Shown: positions 16,644-26,213 of the stretch, piece by piece | How positions within the stretch are numbered: the first letter of the stretch is position 1 | How the letters are laid out: each line of letters begins with the position of its first letter | Assembly (NCBI GenBank): GCA_016203455.1 | Contig: JACQMR010000009.1 | Coordinates: 6,524 to 70,523 of the forward strand | Origin: Candidatus Wildermuthbacteria bacterium | Lineage (GTDB): Bacteria; Patescibacteriota; Minisyncoccia; Minisyncoccales; UBA10102 | Direction of reading: 5' to 3' | Length of the DNA: 64,000 bases | Translations under genes and position numbers: made by a program | The notes under the pieces: generated by a model | Database searches by the model: none | Told to the model about the DNA's origin: nothing | What the model saw: the letters and a program-made list of their open reading frames with translations, nothing else

Positions 16644-17774
16644 ATGGAGATCACCGTATTACGAGACGCATTAAAATCCGGACTGTCTTTTACCGAGCGG
16701 GCGTGCTCTAAATCAACCACGCTCCCCATACTCCAGTGTGTTTCTTTGGTTGCTGAAAAAAACAAAGCAACTCTTTCCGCGACCGACCTTGAGATGGGAA
16801 TACGCTATGTCATATTGTCTAAAACCGAAAGCGAGGGGGGAGTTGCGGTGCCATCCCGGTTTTTTTCCCAGCTAGCGGGGTTTTTGCAAGAATCTCAAAT
16901 TTCCCTTTCATCTTCAAGCGCCGGCGTTCGCATAGCTTCAAAAACGCACGATACGCTTTTAAAGACCATGCCGCTTGAGGATTTCCCCATTATTCCTTCT
17001 TTACAGGGGGATGAACGCGCCCTGGAGATTGACGCGAGGGCTTTGTGCGCGGGGCTTGCCCAGATTGTGTCTTTAACAGGGCAGACGCAAGGGAGACCGG
17101 AGATATCAGGCGTATTTTTTGCCTTTCAGGGGGACGCGCTGCGTCTCGCGGCAACAGACAGTTTTCGTCTTGGGGAAAAAACAATCCCGCTCCCAAAGAA
17201 CCAGGAAGCCGGAGTTTCTTTTATTCTTCCGCAAAAAACAGCGCGCGAACTTTGCGCGATTCTCCAAGATCAAACCGGCAGGATTAAAATATATGCCGCG
17301 TCTTCGCAAGTATTGTTTGATTACGCGTTTTCAGATCCCGCGAAAGGAGTTTCCGCGCAGGTTGTTTCCCGCCTCGTAGAGGGGGAATACCCCAAGTATC
17401 AAGATGTCATCCCCGGGAATTTTAAAACAAAGATTGTTCTGGAGAGAAACGCCCTTATTTCTCATTTGAGAACAGCTTCCGTATTTTCCGGGAAACTAAA
17501 CGATGTCCTTGTGTCCATAGACCCGAAAGAACAGGGGGTGAAGATTGTAACCAAAAATTCCGAAGCGGGGGAGCACAGTTCGTTTATTTCGGGAGATGTG
17601 ACCGGGGAACCCCTGGACATTTCTTTTAATTGGAAGTTTTTTCTGGACGGGGCGTCGCAGTTTAAAGCGAAAGACATTGAAATAGGGTTCGCGGGAGAAG
17701 AAGCGCCCGCTTTGTTAAAATCCGCGGGAACTCCGGAGGCGTATCTTTATGTGATGATGCCTCTGCGCTCGTAA
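16644..17774 (+). CDS. dnaN: DNA polymerase III beta sliding clamp
   Basis: 376-aa ORF following dnaA. ATDSFRL motif. tagaat (16632-16637) lies 6 nt upstream of the ATG. Confidence 0.9.
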   Translation: MEITVLRDALKSGLSFTERACSKSTTLPILQCVSLVAEKNKATLSATDLEMGIRYVILSKTESEGGVAVPSRFFSQLAGFLQESQISLSSSSAGVRIASKTHDTLLKTMPLEDFPIIPSLQGDERALEIDARALCAGLAQIVSLTGQTQGRPEISGVFFAFQGDALRLAATDSFRLGEKTIPLPKNQEAGVSFILPQKTARELCAILQDQTGRIKIYAASSQVLFDYAFSDPAKGVSAQVVSRLVEGEYPKYQDVIPGNFKTKIVLERNALISHLRTASVFSGKLNDVLVSIDPKEQGVKIVTKNSEAGEHSSFISGDVTGEPLDISFNWKFFLDGASQFKAKDIEIGFAGEEAPALLKSAGTPEAYLYVMMPLRS

Positions 17775-17820
17775 ACAAAAAAGCACGCGCTTGAGCCAGA
17801 GAAAGTCGGGTGGCGCGCGG

Positions 17821-19785
17821 TTATTCTGGCGCGGCAAGAGAGGTTTGTTTTTTAAAGAGGAGGGGAAGCGCTTCGGTCATAAATCTGTTCCAAATAGGGG
17901 CCGCCACCATGACGCCGGCTTGAGCCATGGGGGTGTTGTCGTTATTTCCAACCCACACCCCGGCCGAGAGATTTTCAGAATATCCGATAGTCCAGGCATC
18001 TTTGTATTCTTGGGTGGTGCCGGTTTTCACCGCGACATTGAACCCCGGGACGACAAGAGAAGAGTGGAGGCCAAACATGGGGGCGCGGGCGTCGTTATCA
18101 GAAAGAATGTCGGTTATGGCGCTTGCCACCTCGGGGGCCAACACTTGGATGGGAGTATTTTTGTTCTCTTCTAAAACCCGTCCTTTTTTGTCTATGACGC
18201 GCACAATAGAGAGGGGAGACGCTTTTTTGCCGCCCGCGGCAAAAACCCCATACGCCGAAACCATATCCAGGAGTTTGACCTCTCCTCCTCCCAAAACCAA
18301 AGAAGGGCCGTAATATGACGCATCGTTCAAGGTGGTGATGCCGAGTTCTTTTGCCATCTGGACGGCAGGTTCAATGCCGGAAAGCGAGAGCAGTACTTTA
18401 ATAGCCGGGATATTGAGAGATTGCGCGAGGGCGGATCGCAACGAAACGGGTCCGCGGAACAGGCCGTCGTAATTCTGCGGGATGTATTCTTTGCCTCCCC
18501 ATACTCCAAAGTTTGTTAGGGCATCTTCAACCACAAAAGAATCGGGGTACCCCTTTCCCAAAGCAACCGCATAGACAAAGGGCTTAAACGAAGACCCGGG
18601 CTGGCGCCCCGGAGAAAATGTGGCCACATTAACCTTTGGATCAAAAAGGCATGTCTTTCCCGGGGCGCACCGTTCCGGAAAGGGTTCTCCAAACCAATCT
18701 TTTGACCCCACAAGGGCCAGCACTTTCCCCGTGTGAGGGTCAAGCGCGACCAAGGCCTCGTTATTTGCATTAAACAAGGAGTTTCTTTCCGCGAAAGCCG
18801 CCACCGCTTCTTCGGCTTTTTGCTGGATGTTCCAATCCAGGGAAGTTATGACGGTAAGGCCGCGTTCTCTCAAAAAATCTTCCCCGTATTTTTCAGTAAG
18901 AGTTTCCAAAACATCAAAGACAAAATGCGGCGCCTTGATGGGCAACGCGGATTCTTGAAAATCAAACGAGGTTCGCAGGGCTTCCTGGAACTGCTCCTGG
19001 GAGATGAATTCAAGAGATGCCATAAGACCCAAAACGATATTTCTTCTTTTTAAGAGCGCGTCCAAATGCGCGCCGTACGGCGAATAGAATGTTGGCGCCT
19101 GAATCATGGCCGCGAGCGCGGCGGATTCCGCCAGGGAAAGTTCCCGAGGCGTTTTCTGAAAGTACAGTTCCGACGCCGCCCCGATGCCGTAGGCGTTTTG
19201 ACCCCAGGGGATTTGGTTTAAATAAAATTCAAGAATTTCGTCTTTTGCATATCGGCGCTCCAATTCCAATGTCAGGATGAGTTCCCGGACTTTTCTTCCC
19301 ACGGTTTTTTCCCTGGTGAGAAGAATAGATCTCACAAGTTGCTGGGAAATAGTGGAGCCCCCGATCGCGGGATTGTTGTTGAACGGAGCGACTATATTAT
19401 TGAGCACGGCCCGCGCCACCCCTTTCGCGTCCACTCCCATGTGGTTGTAAAACCGCTGGTCTTCAACAGCGAGAACCGCCTGCGAAAGAAACGGGGAGAT
19501 TTCAGAGAGCGGAGTGAATTGCCGTTTTTCTTCCCCGTGGATTTCATACAAAAGAACTGTTCCCGTGTTGTCGTAGATCTTTGTAGGATTGGCAAACGAA
19601 ACCTCCGAGAGTCGCTCCGGACGGGGCAGATCTTTGGCGTAATACAGGAATATTCCCGCAAATAACAAGACACACAAAGCAAAGCCCGCGCCCCCGAATT
19701 TCAAAATCTTTTTTATAATATCAAACCAGGCGTGGTTATTTTTTTGAGCGCGCGTTTTCATAAATAGGCCATGCTTTATTTGCAA
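17821..19785 (-). CDS. Class A penicillin-binding protein (glycosyltransferase plus transpeptidase)
   Basis: GT51 motifs EDQRFYNHMGVD and GGSTISQQL. Transpeptidase SSFKPF (SxxK). N-terminal TM. Confidence 0.9.
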   Translation of the reverse strand: MQIKHGLFMKTRAQKNNHAWFDIIKKILKFGGAGFALCVLLFAGIFLYYAKDLPRPERLSEVSFANPTKIYDNTGTVLLYEIHGEEKRQFTPLSEISPFLSQAVLAVEDQRFYNHMGVDAKGVARAVLNNIVAPFNNNPAIGGSTISQQLVRSILLTREKTVGRKVRELILTLELERRYAKDEILEFYLNQIPWGQNAYGIGAASELYFQKTPRELSLAESAALAAMIQAPTFYSPYGAHLDALLKRRNIVLGLMASLEFISQEQFQEALRTSFDFQESALPIKAPHFVFDVLETLTEKYGEDFLRERGLTVITSLDWNIQQKAEEAVAAFAERNSLFNANNEALVALDPHTGKVLALVGSKDWFGEPFPERCAPGKTCLFDPKVNVATFSPGRQPGSSFKPFVYAVALGKGYPDSFVVEDALTNFGVWGGKEYIPQNYDGLFRGPVSLRSALAQSLNIPAIKVLLSLSGIEPAVQMAKELGITTLNDASYYGPSLVLGGGEVKLLDMVSAYGVFAAGGKKASPLSIVRVIDKKGRVLEENKNTPIQVLAPEVASAITDILSDNDARAPMFGLHSSLVVPGFNVAVKTGTTQEYKDAWTIGYSENLSAGVWVGNNDNTPMAQAGVMVAAPIWNRFMTEALPLLFKKQTSLAAPE

Positions 19786-19934
19786 CCTATAGGATTTAGG
19801 AATATGGCTTGTAGTTTATAAAACTAAGAGTTGGGGAAACTTGCAAACTACCAGCTACCAGCTAAATTCTTCCCCCCCAAAGTAGCATTCAAAAGGGGTT
19901 TCTGCAACCATATTTTTATGATACAGTACGGATT

Positions 19935-21104
19935 ATGAAAGGTATATCGGCATCCATAGACGAACTTCTTGGCAGGGGGGTGGCGGATGTTTTGCCCAAA
20001 AAAGCCCAACTCGCGGCCCTGCTCAAAAAAAAGAAAATCCGTCTCTATTTAGGCGTGGAGCCCACCGGGAAGAATCTTCATTTGGGGCACACGATCGCTT
20101 TGCGCAAACTTCAACAGTTCGCGGACCTTGGGCATGAGGCGATCCTGGTTGTGGGCACAGGCACCGTGCTGGCAGGGGATCCCTCCCAAAGAGAATCCGC
20201 CCGCCCCAAGATTACCAAAAAAGAGATTGAGGAAAATATAGAAACATGGAAAACGCAAGCGGGGAAAATCGTGGATTTTTCCAAAGTGAAGATACAATAT
20301 AATGGAGATTGGCTGTTGAAGCTCGGGCTGGCGGAGATATTGGAGATCGCTTCTCATATCAGCGCCGTGCAGTTGTTGCAGAGAGATATGTTTGCTCGCA
20401 GGATAGAACGGGGAGATACGGTGTGGACTCATGAGATGCTCTACCCCTTGTTGCAGGGATACGACTCGGTCGCCTTGGATGTGGACCTGGAAATAGGAGG
20501 GACGGATCAGACATTTAATATGCTTATAGGCAGGGATCTCCAGCGCAAAATGCGCGGCAGGGAAAAATTCGTGCTGACCGTGCCCATGATTTTGGGGCTG
20601 GACGGCAAGACCATGAGCAAAAGCTCGGGGAATACGGTTAACATAGCGGACTCTCCGCAAGATATGTATGGGAAGGCCATGTCTCTTAGGGACGAATTGA
20701 TCAAGGACTATTTTCTTTTATGCACCCAGGTTTCCATAGGCGAGATAGAATCAATGGACAAAGAACTCTCCCGGCGGGATTTTAAGGCGCGTCTTGCGAA
20801 AGAGCTTGTGCGGGTGTTTCACGGGGAGGAAGAGGCGCGAGACGCGGAGGATGAGTTCGCGCGCGTGTTCCAAAAACAGCAAACCCCGGCAGACATACCC
20901 GAGATTGCAGGGCTCGTCGGGCATTCATTGATTGACGCTTTGGTAAAGGCGGGTTTTGCGAGTTCAAAAGGGGAGGCGCGCCGTCTTGTCGCGCAGGGAG
21001 GCGTGAGTGTTGACGGCGCGATACAGCAAGATCCTTTGCGGGCGCTTCATGAAAAAGGTTTGGTTGTGCAGGTGGGAAAACGCCGGTTCCTAAAGACCAA
21101 GTAA
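19935..21104 (+). CDS. tyrS: Tyrosyl-tRNA synthetase
   Basis: HIGH-type LHLGHTI, KMSKS-type TMSKSSGN, C-terminal S4-like domain. Confidence 0.9.
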   Translation: MKGISASIDELLGRGVADVLPKKAQLAALLKKKKIRLYLGVEPTGKNLHLGHTIALRKLQQFADLGHEAILVVGTGTVLAGDPSQRESARPKITKKEIEENIETWKTQAGKIVDFSKVKIQYNGDWLLKLGLAEILEIASHISAVQLLQRDMFARRIERGDTVWTHEMLYPLLQGYDSVALDVDLEIGGTDQTFNMLIGRDLQRKMRGREKFVLTVPMILGLDGKTMSKSSGNTVNIADSPQDMYGKAMSLRDELIKDYFLLCTQVSIGEIESMDKELSRRDFKARLAKELVRVFHGEEEARDAEDEFARVFQKQQTPADIPEIAGLVGHSLIDALVKAGFASSKGEARRLVAQGGVSVDGAIQQDPLRALHEKGLVVQVGKRRFLKTK

Positions 21105-21112
21105 CGCAATAA

Positions 21113-21150
21113 AACAAAAAGCTCCGAGTTGGTACGGAGCTTTTTGTTTT
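21113..21150. terminator. Bidirectional hairpin terminator after tyrS
   Basis: aaaaagctccg-agttggta-cggagcttttt, read directly. Confidence 0.6.
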
Positions 21151-21360
21151 CCTACATCTCTTCTTTTGTTTCTTCTCCTGCTTCTTCTGTTGTTCCCGCT
21201 TCTTCCGCGGGCGTTTCTGGGGTTTCCCCTTCCTCTCCGTCGAGCAAGGCGGAAGCCAATGTGGTATCTTCTGTGATCATGGTGCGTTTGAATTTAGGTT
21301 GCATTGGTTTCACGACCTTTTACGAACATAGGGTCTATGATACTCGCTTGATACGGTATG

Positions 21361-21828
21361 TCAACCCCCAAAGCATCCCGCGATCGCCAACCCCAAAGCA
21401 TCCGCGGCATCATCTGGTTTGGGGAGTTCCTTGAGTTTAAGAGTTTCTTGAACCATGCGCTGGACCTGCGCTTTTTGAGCTTTTCCATATCCGGTAATTG
21501 CCATTTTTGCCTGAAGCGGAGTAAACTCTCTTATGGGGATGCCGTGTTTCGCGCAGGCCAGAAGAATGACTCCCCTCGCTTCGCTTACCGGAAACGCCGT
21601 TTTCGCGTTATTAAGAAAGAAAAGCCGTTCTACGGAAATCAGGCCGGGCGCGTGTTTTTTAATAACCAAAACAAGCTGTCGTTCAAGCATGAGAAGGCGG
21701 TCCTGGGAGGGCATTCCTTTTGGCGTTTCTATGACTCCGTATGCCACGCACGAAAGCCGGCGCCCCTCTTTTTTCACTACGCCGTATCCGGTGGTGGCGG
21801 TCCCGGGGTCAATGCCTAGAATAATCAT
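21361..21828 (-). CDS. ruvC: Holliday junction resolvase RuvC
   Basis: MIILGIDPGTATTGYGVV N-terminus, 155 aa. Confidence 0.9.
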   Translation of the reverse strand: MIILGIDPGTATTGYGVVKKEGRRLSCVAYGVIETPKGMPSQDRLLMLERQLVLVIKKHAPGLISVERLFFLNNAKTAFPVSEARGVILLACAKHGIPIREFTPLQAKMAITGYGKAQKAQVQRMVQETLKLKELPKPDDAADALGLAIAGCFGG

Positions 21829-21884
21829 TTTCTAGTTTTCAATTTCAAATTTAAAAACAATTTCTAATGATTAAATGTTCCAAA

Positions 21885-22108
21885 TAGGGGAGGGCGGAGC
21901 AAGCCGAGCGATGACCGCAAGTGCTACGCGTTCGGTTTATTGTTTTTACGCAACCACCTTGTTCCGCCCCCGGCGGGGCGGACGGGTTGCGCTTTCGGTC
22001 TGCCACCCCTTGTCCCGCGGGGACTTCGGGGACCATGCTGGCAGACCTCCGAGAACTCGCTTTAAAAACAATGATACCTTGCGCGTCCCACTGGTTATCG
22101 TTGGGTTT
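21885..22108. ncRNA. GC-rich structured intergenic module R1 (class unknown)
   Basis: It lies between the yebC stop and the ruvC start. Strong local helices are ccgcccc/ggggcgg and ggtctgcca/tggcagacc (9 bp). It is flanked by AT-rich word repeats and has no convincing ORF. Confidence 0.3.
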
Positions 22109-22135
22109 TTTAGAACATTGTATTTTCTAATTTTC

Positions 22136-22858
22136 CTACTCCGCAAGATTTGAGTAGATTTCCTGGACCGCGTCGTTTTCATCAAGCGCCTCAAAGAACC
22201 GCTCGGCAGAGAGCCGATCTTCCGGGGACAGCCGTATTGTTTCTTTTGCGGTCCACGCGAGAGCAGACGCGTCAATTTCAACGCCGCGTTCCCGGAGTTT
22301 TGACCGCACGGATTCTGTTTCCCCCGGCGGGACCTGTAGTTCGCATAAACCATCTTCTTTCCACGCTATATCTTGAGCGCCAGCTTCAATCGCCAGGAGC
22401 TCCATGTCTTCTTTGGAGAGATTTCCCGGCTTTGCCTGGAGCGTTCCCACGCGGTCAAACATCCAGCGCACAGCTCCTTCCTGCGTGAGCTTGCCCCCGT
22501 TTTTTTCAAAAATCTGTTTTAATTCCCCGGAAGCGCGGTTTTTATTATCGGTGATTCCTTCAACCAGCGCGGCAAACCCTCCGGGGCCGTAGCCCTCAAA
22601 CAAAATTTGTTCCAAATTCCCCCCGGCTTCCTCCCCAGTTCCTTTCTTAATGGAACGGTCAATATTTGCCGTAGGCATGTTGCATGAGCGCGCCTTGTCT
22701 ATGGCCATGCGCAGGCGCGGGTTCGCGGCGGGGTCTTCTCCTCCTTCTTTCACCGCGATGACAATTTCGCTTGAGAGCTTTGAAAATACCTTGCTTCTCT
22801 GGGCGTCCGTGGCGTCTTTTTTATGTTTTATGGTTTTTGCGTGGCTGTGTCCGGACAT
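22136..22858 (-). CDS. yebC: YebC/PmpR family transcriptional/translational regulator
   Basis: MSGHSHAKTIKHKKDATDAQRSKVFSKL N-terminus, typical of the family. 240 aa. Confidence 0.9.
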   Translation of the reverse strand: MSGHSHAKTIKHKKDATDAQRSKVFSKLSSEIVIAVKEGGEDPAANPRLRMAIDKARSCNMPTANIDRSIKKGTGEEAGGNLEQILFEGYGPGGFAALVEGITDNKNRASGELKQIFEKNGGKLTQEGAVRWMFDRVGTLQAKPGNLSKEDMELLAIEAGAQDIAWKEDGLCELQVPPGETESVRSKLRERGVEIDASALAWTAKETIRLSPEDRLSAERFFEALDENDAVQEIYSNLAE

Positions 22859-22934
22859 ACTTTGGGGCGCTAATTTCTAATGACTAAAGTTCTAATTCCT
22901 AATCAATGCTCAATAACTCAATGCCGCAATAAGG

Positions 22935-23190
22935 TAAGGCGAAGCGAGGGAAGCGGTTTTCCAGGAAACTCGCGGAGGCAGTTTTGCATGGGCCAGAACT
23001 CAACTACTTGAGTTCTGGCGGGAAACCTGCCTTATCATGCCATGTCCGCCTTTGGCGGACGGCATCCGAAAGGTTTCCCCGGGAACTATACTTCTCATCA
23101 AAGAACCCTTGCCGAGCGATGCCTGTTGTACTGGGGCGGAACAAGGTGGTTTCGCAAGAAAACAGGGCGCCGAGCATTATGATCAGCAGG
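22935..23190. ncRNA. GC-rich structured intergenic module R2 (class unknown)
   Basis: It lies between the ruvB stop and the yebC start. There is a 12-bp hairpin gccagaactcaa/ttgagttctggc, a helix gggaaacct/aggtttccc, and a helix gtccgcc/ggcggac. It shares ggggcggaacaaggtggtt with R1 in inverted orientation. Confidence 0.3.
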
Positions 23191-23194
23191 TTCT

Positions 23195-24208
23195 TTATAG
23201 CAAATCTCTTGTTTTTTGAGAAATGCCCAGATGTTTGTATGCGAGAGGGGTTGCAATTCTGCCCCGCGGCGTGCGTTCCAGCAGTCCGGTTTGCAGGAGG
23301 TACGGCTCGTACACATCTAAAATGGTGTCCTGCTCTTCGGCCACAAGGGCGGAAAGCGCTTGTATGCCAACTGGTCCGCCCCCGAATTTTTCTATAACGG
23401 CGCGCAGGATTTTTCTATCGTCGGGCTCCAGTCCCCAGTCGTCTATCTCCAAAAAAGAAAAGGTTTTCATCGCGGCTTCTTTCGTGATGACCGGGTGTTC
23501 TTCCATGGTTGCGAAGTCCCGCACGCGCTTTAAGATTCTGTTCGCGACCCGCGGGGTAAACCGCGATCTTTGGGCGATTGCGGAAACCGCCTCCGGGAGT
23601 ATTTGAACTCCGAGAATCGCGGACGATCTTCGCAATATTTCCTCCATGTTTTCTTGGTTATAAAAAGAAAGCTGGAAGACCGCTCCAAACCGGTTCCTAA
23701 ACGGAGCCGGAAGAACCGCGACCCTGGTTGTCGCGGCAATCAGCGTGAACTTTGGAAGAGAAATTTCCATGGTTCTTGCCATGGGCCCTTTGCCTATGAC
23801 AAGGTGCAGTTTGTAGTCCTCCATGGCGGAGTAGAGCGTTTCCATGGCCTGCCTTTGCAGGCGATGACACTCGTCTATAAACAAAACCTCTCCTTCCGCG
23901 AGGTTGGTAAGCAGAGAAGCGATGTCTCCCACACGCTCCAAAGAAGCGCCCGAACATGTCGTGATGGAAGATCCTATTTCCCGCGCGATAACATTGGCGA
24001 GAGAGGTCTTGCCGAGCCCCGAGTTGCCGTACAGCAAAAGGTGTTCCAGCGGGTCTTTTCGTTTTTTAGCGGCGCCGATAATAATCTGAAGGGTGTTTTT
24101 CACCTTTTCTTGGCCGATATATTCTTCCCATGTTCTTGGCCGCAGGGAAGTGTCCAACGAATCCTCTCCGCGCTCGGGTTTTTCTTGGCCCTTGACATTC
24201 ATTTCCAT
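23195..24208 (-). CDS. ruvB: Holliday junction branch migration helicase RuvB
   Basis: Walker A GNSGLGKTSLA, Walker B LFIDECHRL. 337 aa. The start may be the second ATG at 24202. Confidence 0.95.
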   Translation of the reverse strand: MEMNVKGQEKPERGEDSLDTSLRPRTWEEYIGQEKVKNTLQIIIGAAKKRKDPLEHLLLYGNSGLGKTSLANVIAREIGSSITTCSGASLERVGDIASLLTNLAEGEVLFIDECHRLQRQAMETLYSAMEDYKLHLVIGKGPMARTMEISLPKFTLIAATTRVAVLPAPFRNRFGAVFQLSFYNQENMEEILRRSSAILGVQILPEAVSAIAQRSRFTPRVANRILKRVRDFATMEEHPVITKEAAMKTFSFLEIDDWGLEPDDRKILRAVIEKFGGGPVGIQALSALVAEEQDTILDVYEPYLLQTGLLERTPRGRIATPLAYKHLGISQKTRDLL

Positions 24209-24230
24209 ATATAGTATACTTTTTCACTAG

Positions 24231-24358
24231 AACGCCTATTTTGCTGGGGACCTGGAGTTATCTGTTCTGGAGGGTGATACGGGTAATGCTGAATCATTCC
24301 CCGGGGTAATTCCACATTTGTGTTCCGAAAACCAAATGGTCCCCAGCAAAGGAGGCGT
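24231..24358. repeat. Intergenic element closed by a 22-bp imperfect inverted repeat
   Basis: aacgcctattttgctggggacc (24231-24252) versus ggtccccagcaaaggaggcgtt (24337-24358). The 13-bp core is perfect. Confidence 0.6.
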
Positions 24359-24365
24359 TTTGTTG

Positions 24366-25655
24366 TTATTCCGCGGCTACCCGCAAGATCTCTTCCATTG
24401 TGGTGGCGCCGTCCAGCATCTTGAGGAGCCCGTCCTGGAGAACCGTGACGAGGCCGTGTTGTTTGGCGTAGTCGCGCAGTTCAGCTATGGACGGGTTTTT
24501 TGAGATGAATATGCGCAGGGGGTCGTCAATGACCAGGGCTTCGTACAGCCCGATTCTTCCTCTATACCCCGTGTGTCCGCATTTTTCGCATCCTTTTGCT
24601 CGGACAACGGCCGTTGCCGGGGATAAAGGTTTTTTCAAATGATCTGGAATGTGCTCCAGCTCCCGTTGTATGAACTCGTATTCTTTTTCCGTGAGGGGTT
24701 CCGCGCGCTCGCATGTTTCGCACACCTGGCGGACAAGCCGCTGGGCTATGACCAGATTAATGGCGGCCGCGATACTCTGCGCGTTTCCTCCCAACGACAG
24801 CAGGCGCGCTATTGTTCCGGCGGAGTCGTTTGTGTGAAGCGTGGAGAATACCAAATGTCCGGTGAGGGCCGCTTGTATGGCAATATCCGCGGTTTCCGGG
24901 TCACGGATTTCTCCCACCAAGATGACATCCGGGTCTTGGCGCACAATGGCCCGCAATCCGGAAGCAAAGGTATATTCTTTGCCCTGAACCTGCGTCTGGG
25001 AAACTCCTTCCAGATGGTACTCAATGGGATCTTCAATGGTGATAATTTTAATTTCGGAGTTTTTTACTTCCTGCAAAAACGCGTACAGCGTTGTCGTTTT
25101 TCCGGACCCCGTGGGGCCGGTAACCAAAATCATGCCGTTGGGCCTCCGGATTTCCCTTGCGAAGATTTCAACGAGATCCGGGCGGAGCGCGAGGTCTTTG
25201 AAGGCGCGCAGATTCTTTGGATTCAAAAGGCGGATAACCAAAGATTCCCCGAATTGGGACGGGAGCGAGGATACCCTGGTTTCCAGAGGCAGGCCTTCTC
25301 CGGTTTCAAGGGTGAATCTGCCGTCTTGAGGCCTGTCCTGGACATTGAGTTTGATTCTGGAAACAAGTTTTACGCGAGAGAGAAGCCCCTCATACTCTTT
25401 TGGCTCCAGGACTGCCGTGTCTTGAAGGATGCCGTCAACCCTTAAACGGATTTTTACCCCGTTTTCTTCGGTTTCAAAGTGTATGTCAGACGCGTTAAAG
25501 GCGATCGCGGCTCTTAAGATTGCCAAAAAAAGTTCGGTGGCGTCTTTGGCCTGGGATTCTTGTATCGCGGCGCCCGCGTCAGCGAGCGACGCGTATGTCT
25601 TTCGCCCGTCTTTGCCGAGCTGTACTTCCCCCGTGAGTTTTACGCGAGCATCCAT
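24366..25655 (-). CDS. GspE/PilB-family secretion ATPase lacking an N-terminal GSPII domain
   Basis: Walker A GPTGSGKTTT and a tetracysteine CETCE...CEKCGHTGYRGR. The internal ATG (MDARVKLTG) sits just after the stop of the upstream gene. The ORF extends to 25802. Confidence 0.85.
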   Translation of the reverse strand: MDARVKLTGEVQLGKDGRKTYASLADAGAAIQESQAKDATELFLAILRAAIAFNASDIHFETEENGVKIRLRVDGILQDTAVLEPKEYEGLLSRVKLVSRIKLNVQDRPQDGRFTLETGEGLPLETRVSSLPSQFGESLVIRLLNPKNLRAFKDLALRPDLVEIFAREIRRPNGMILVTGPTGSGKTTTLYAFLQEVKNSEIKIITIEDPIEYHLEGVSQTQVQGKEYTFASGLRAIVRQDPDVILVGEIRDPETADIAIQAALTGHLVFSTLHTNDSAGTIARLLSLGGNAQSIAAAINLVIAQRLVRQVCETCERAEPLTEKEYEFIQRELEHIPDHLKKPLSPATAVVRAKGCEKCGHTGYRGRIGLYEALVIDDPLRIFISKNPSIAELRDYAKQHGLVTVLQDGLLKMLDGATTMEEILRVAAE

Positions 25656-25660
25656 GGCAA

Positions 25661-26197
25661 TTACAGCGATTCTTCCATAAGTTTTTTTGCGGCGGCGATG
25701 GGTCCTGACGAGGAACCCAACGCCCAGTTTCCTTTGCGAGATCCCGGGCATATGGACGCCACCGCATTGAGCACGCGTTCTTTTTCGCTCCACGCGAGGC
25801 ATTGCGTATCCTTGCGTTCTTTGGTTTCAAAGAGTATGACAAAAGAGGAGTTTTGGCTGGCGCAGTCGCGCAGTTCTTCAAGCGCGGTTCGCACGGATTT
25901 CGGGCTTGCCTGGCAGGAGGCGAAATCTTCAGGCCGCAAAAACGCGATATATAAATCGGAAGACGGCCAGTATTCTATGGTGGAGAGGAGTTTTTTTGAG
26001 AGAGGTCCCAGGGGCGCGAGCCGTTTGCAGGTTATGGACGCGTCGTCCACGAGAACGCGCACCGGCATATTTTTTTGGATGGTGATATAGAGCGTAACAT
26101 CCTGTTCTTTTTTTTCATAACGAACTTCAGACACAAGCGGGGCTATTCCTTTCAGCGTCAGGGAAAATGTCTTTTTTTCAGTAGCCACCATACTCAT
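25661..26197 (-). CDS. Hypothetical protein upstream of the GspE-like ATPase
   Basis: 178-aa ORF, 5 nt from the ATPase start. No motif recognised. Confidence 0.5.
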   Translation of the reverse strand: MSMVATEKKTFSLTLKGIAPLVSEVRYEKKEQDVTLYITIQKNMPVRVLVDDASITCKRLAPLGPLSKKLLSTIEYWPSSDLYIAFLRPEDFASCQASPKSVRTALEELRDCASQNSSFVILFETKERKDTQCLAWSEKERVLNAVASICPGSRKGNWALGSSSGPIAAAKKLMEESL

Positions 26198-26213
26198 TTC
26201 GTAGCGTTTTTAC

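Noticed and set aside
21129-21434. Ser-rich 101-aa plus ORF and a 42-aa acidic minus ORF (21152-21280, MITEDTTLASALLDGEEGETPE...)
   Set aside because: Low-complexity sequence without an RBS or promoter. Probably a non-coding spacer downstream of ruvC. The small acidic ORF cannot be excluded.
21885-23190. The GC-rich modules as SRP RNA, RNase P RNA, 6S RNA, a T-box leader or a second tmRNA
   Set aside because: By eye there is no GGAAAGUCC/ACAGAA P4 pair (RNase P), no GGAA-tetraloop AGCAGC domain IV (SRP), and no tRNA-like ends. aaggtggtttcgc only loosely resembles a T-box, and no aminoacyl-tRNA synthetase or amino-acid gene follows on either strand. A partial resemblance of 21897-21930 to the 3' half of E. 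coli 4.5S has no matching 5' strand.
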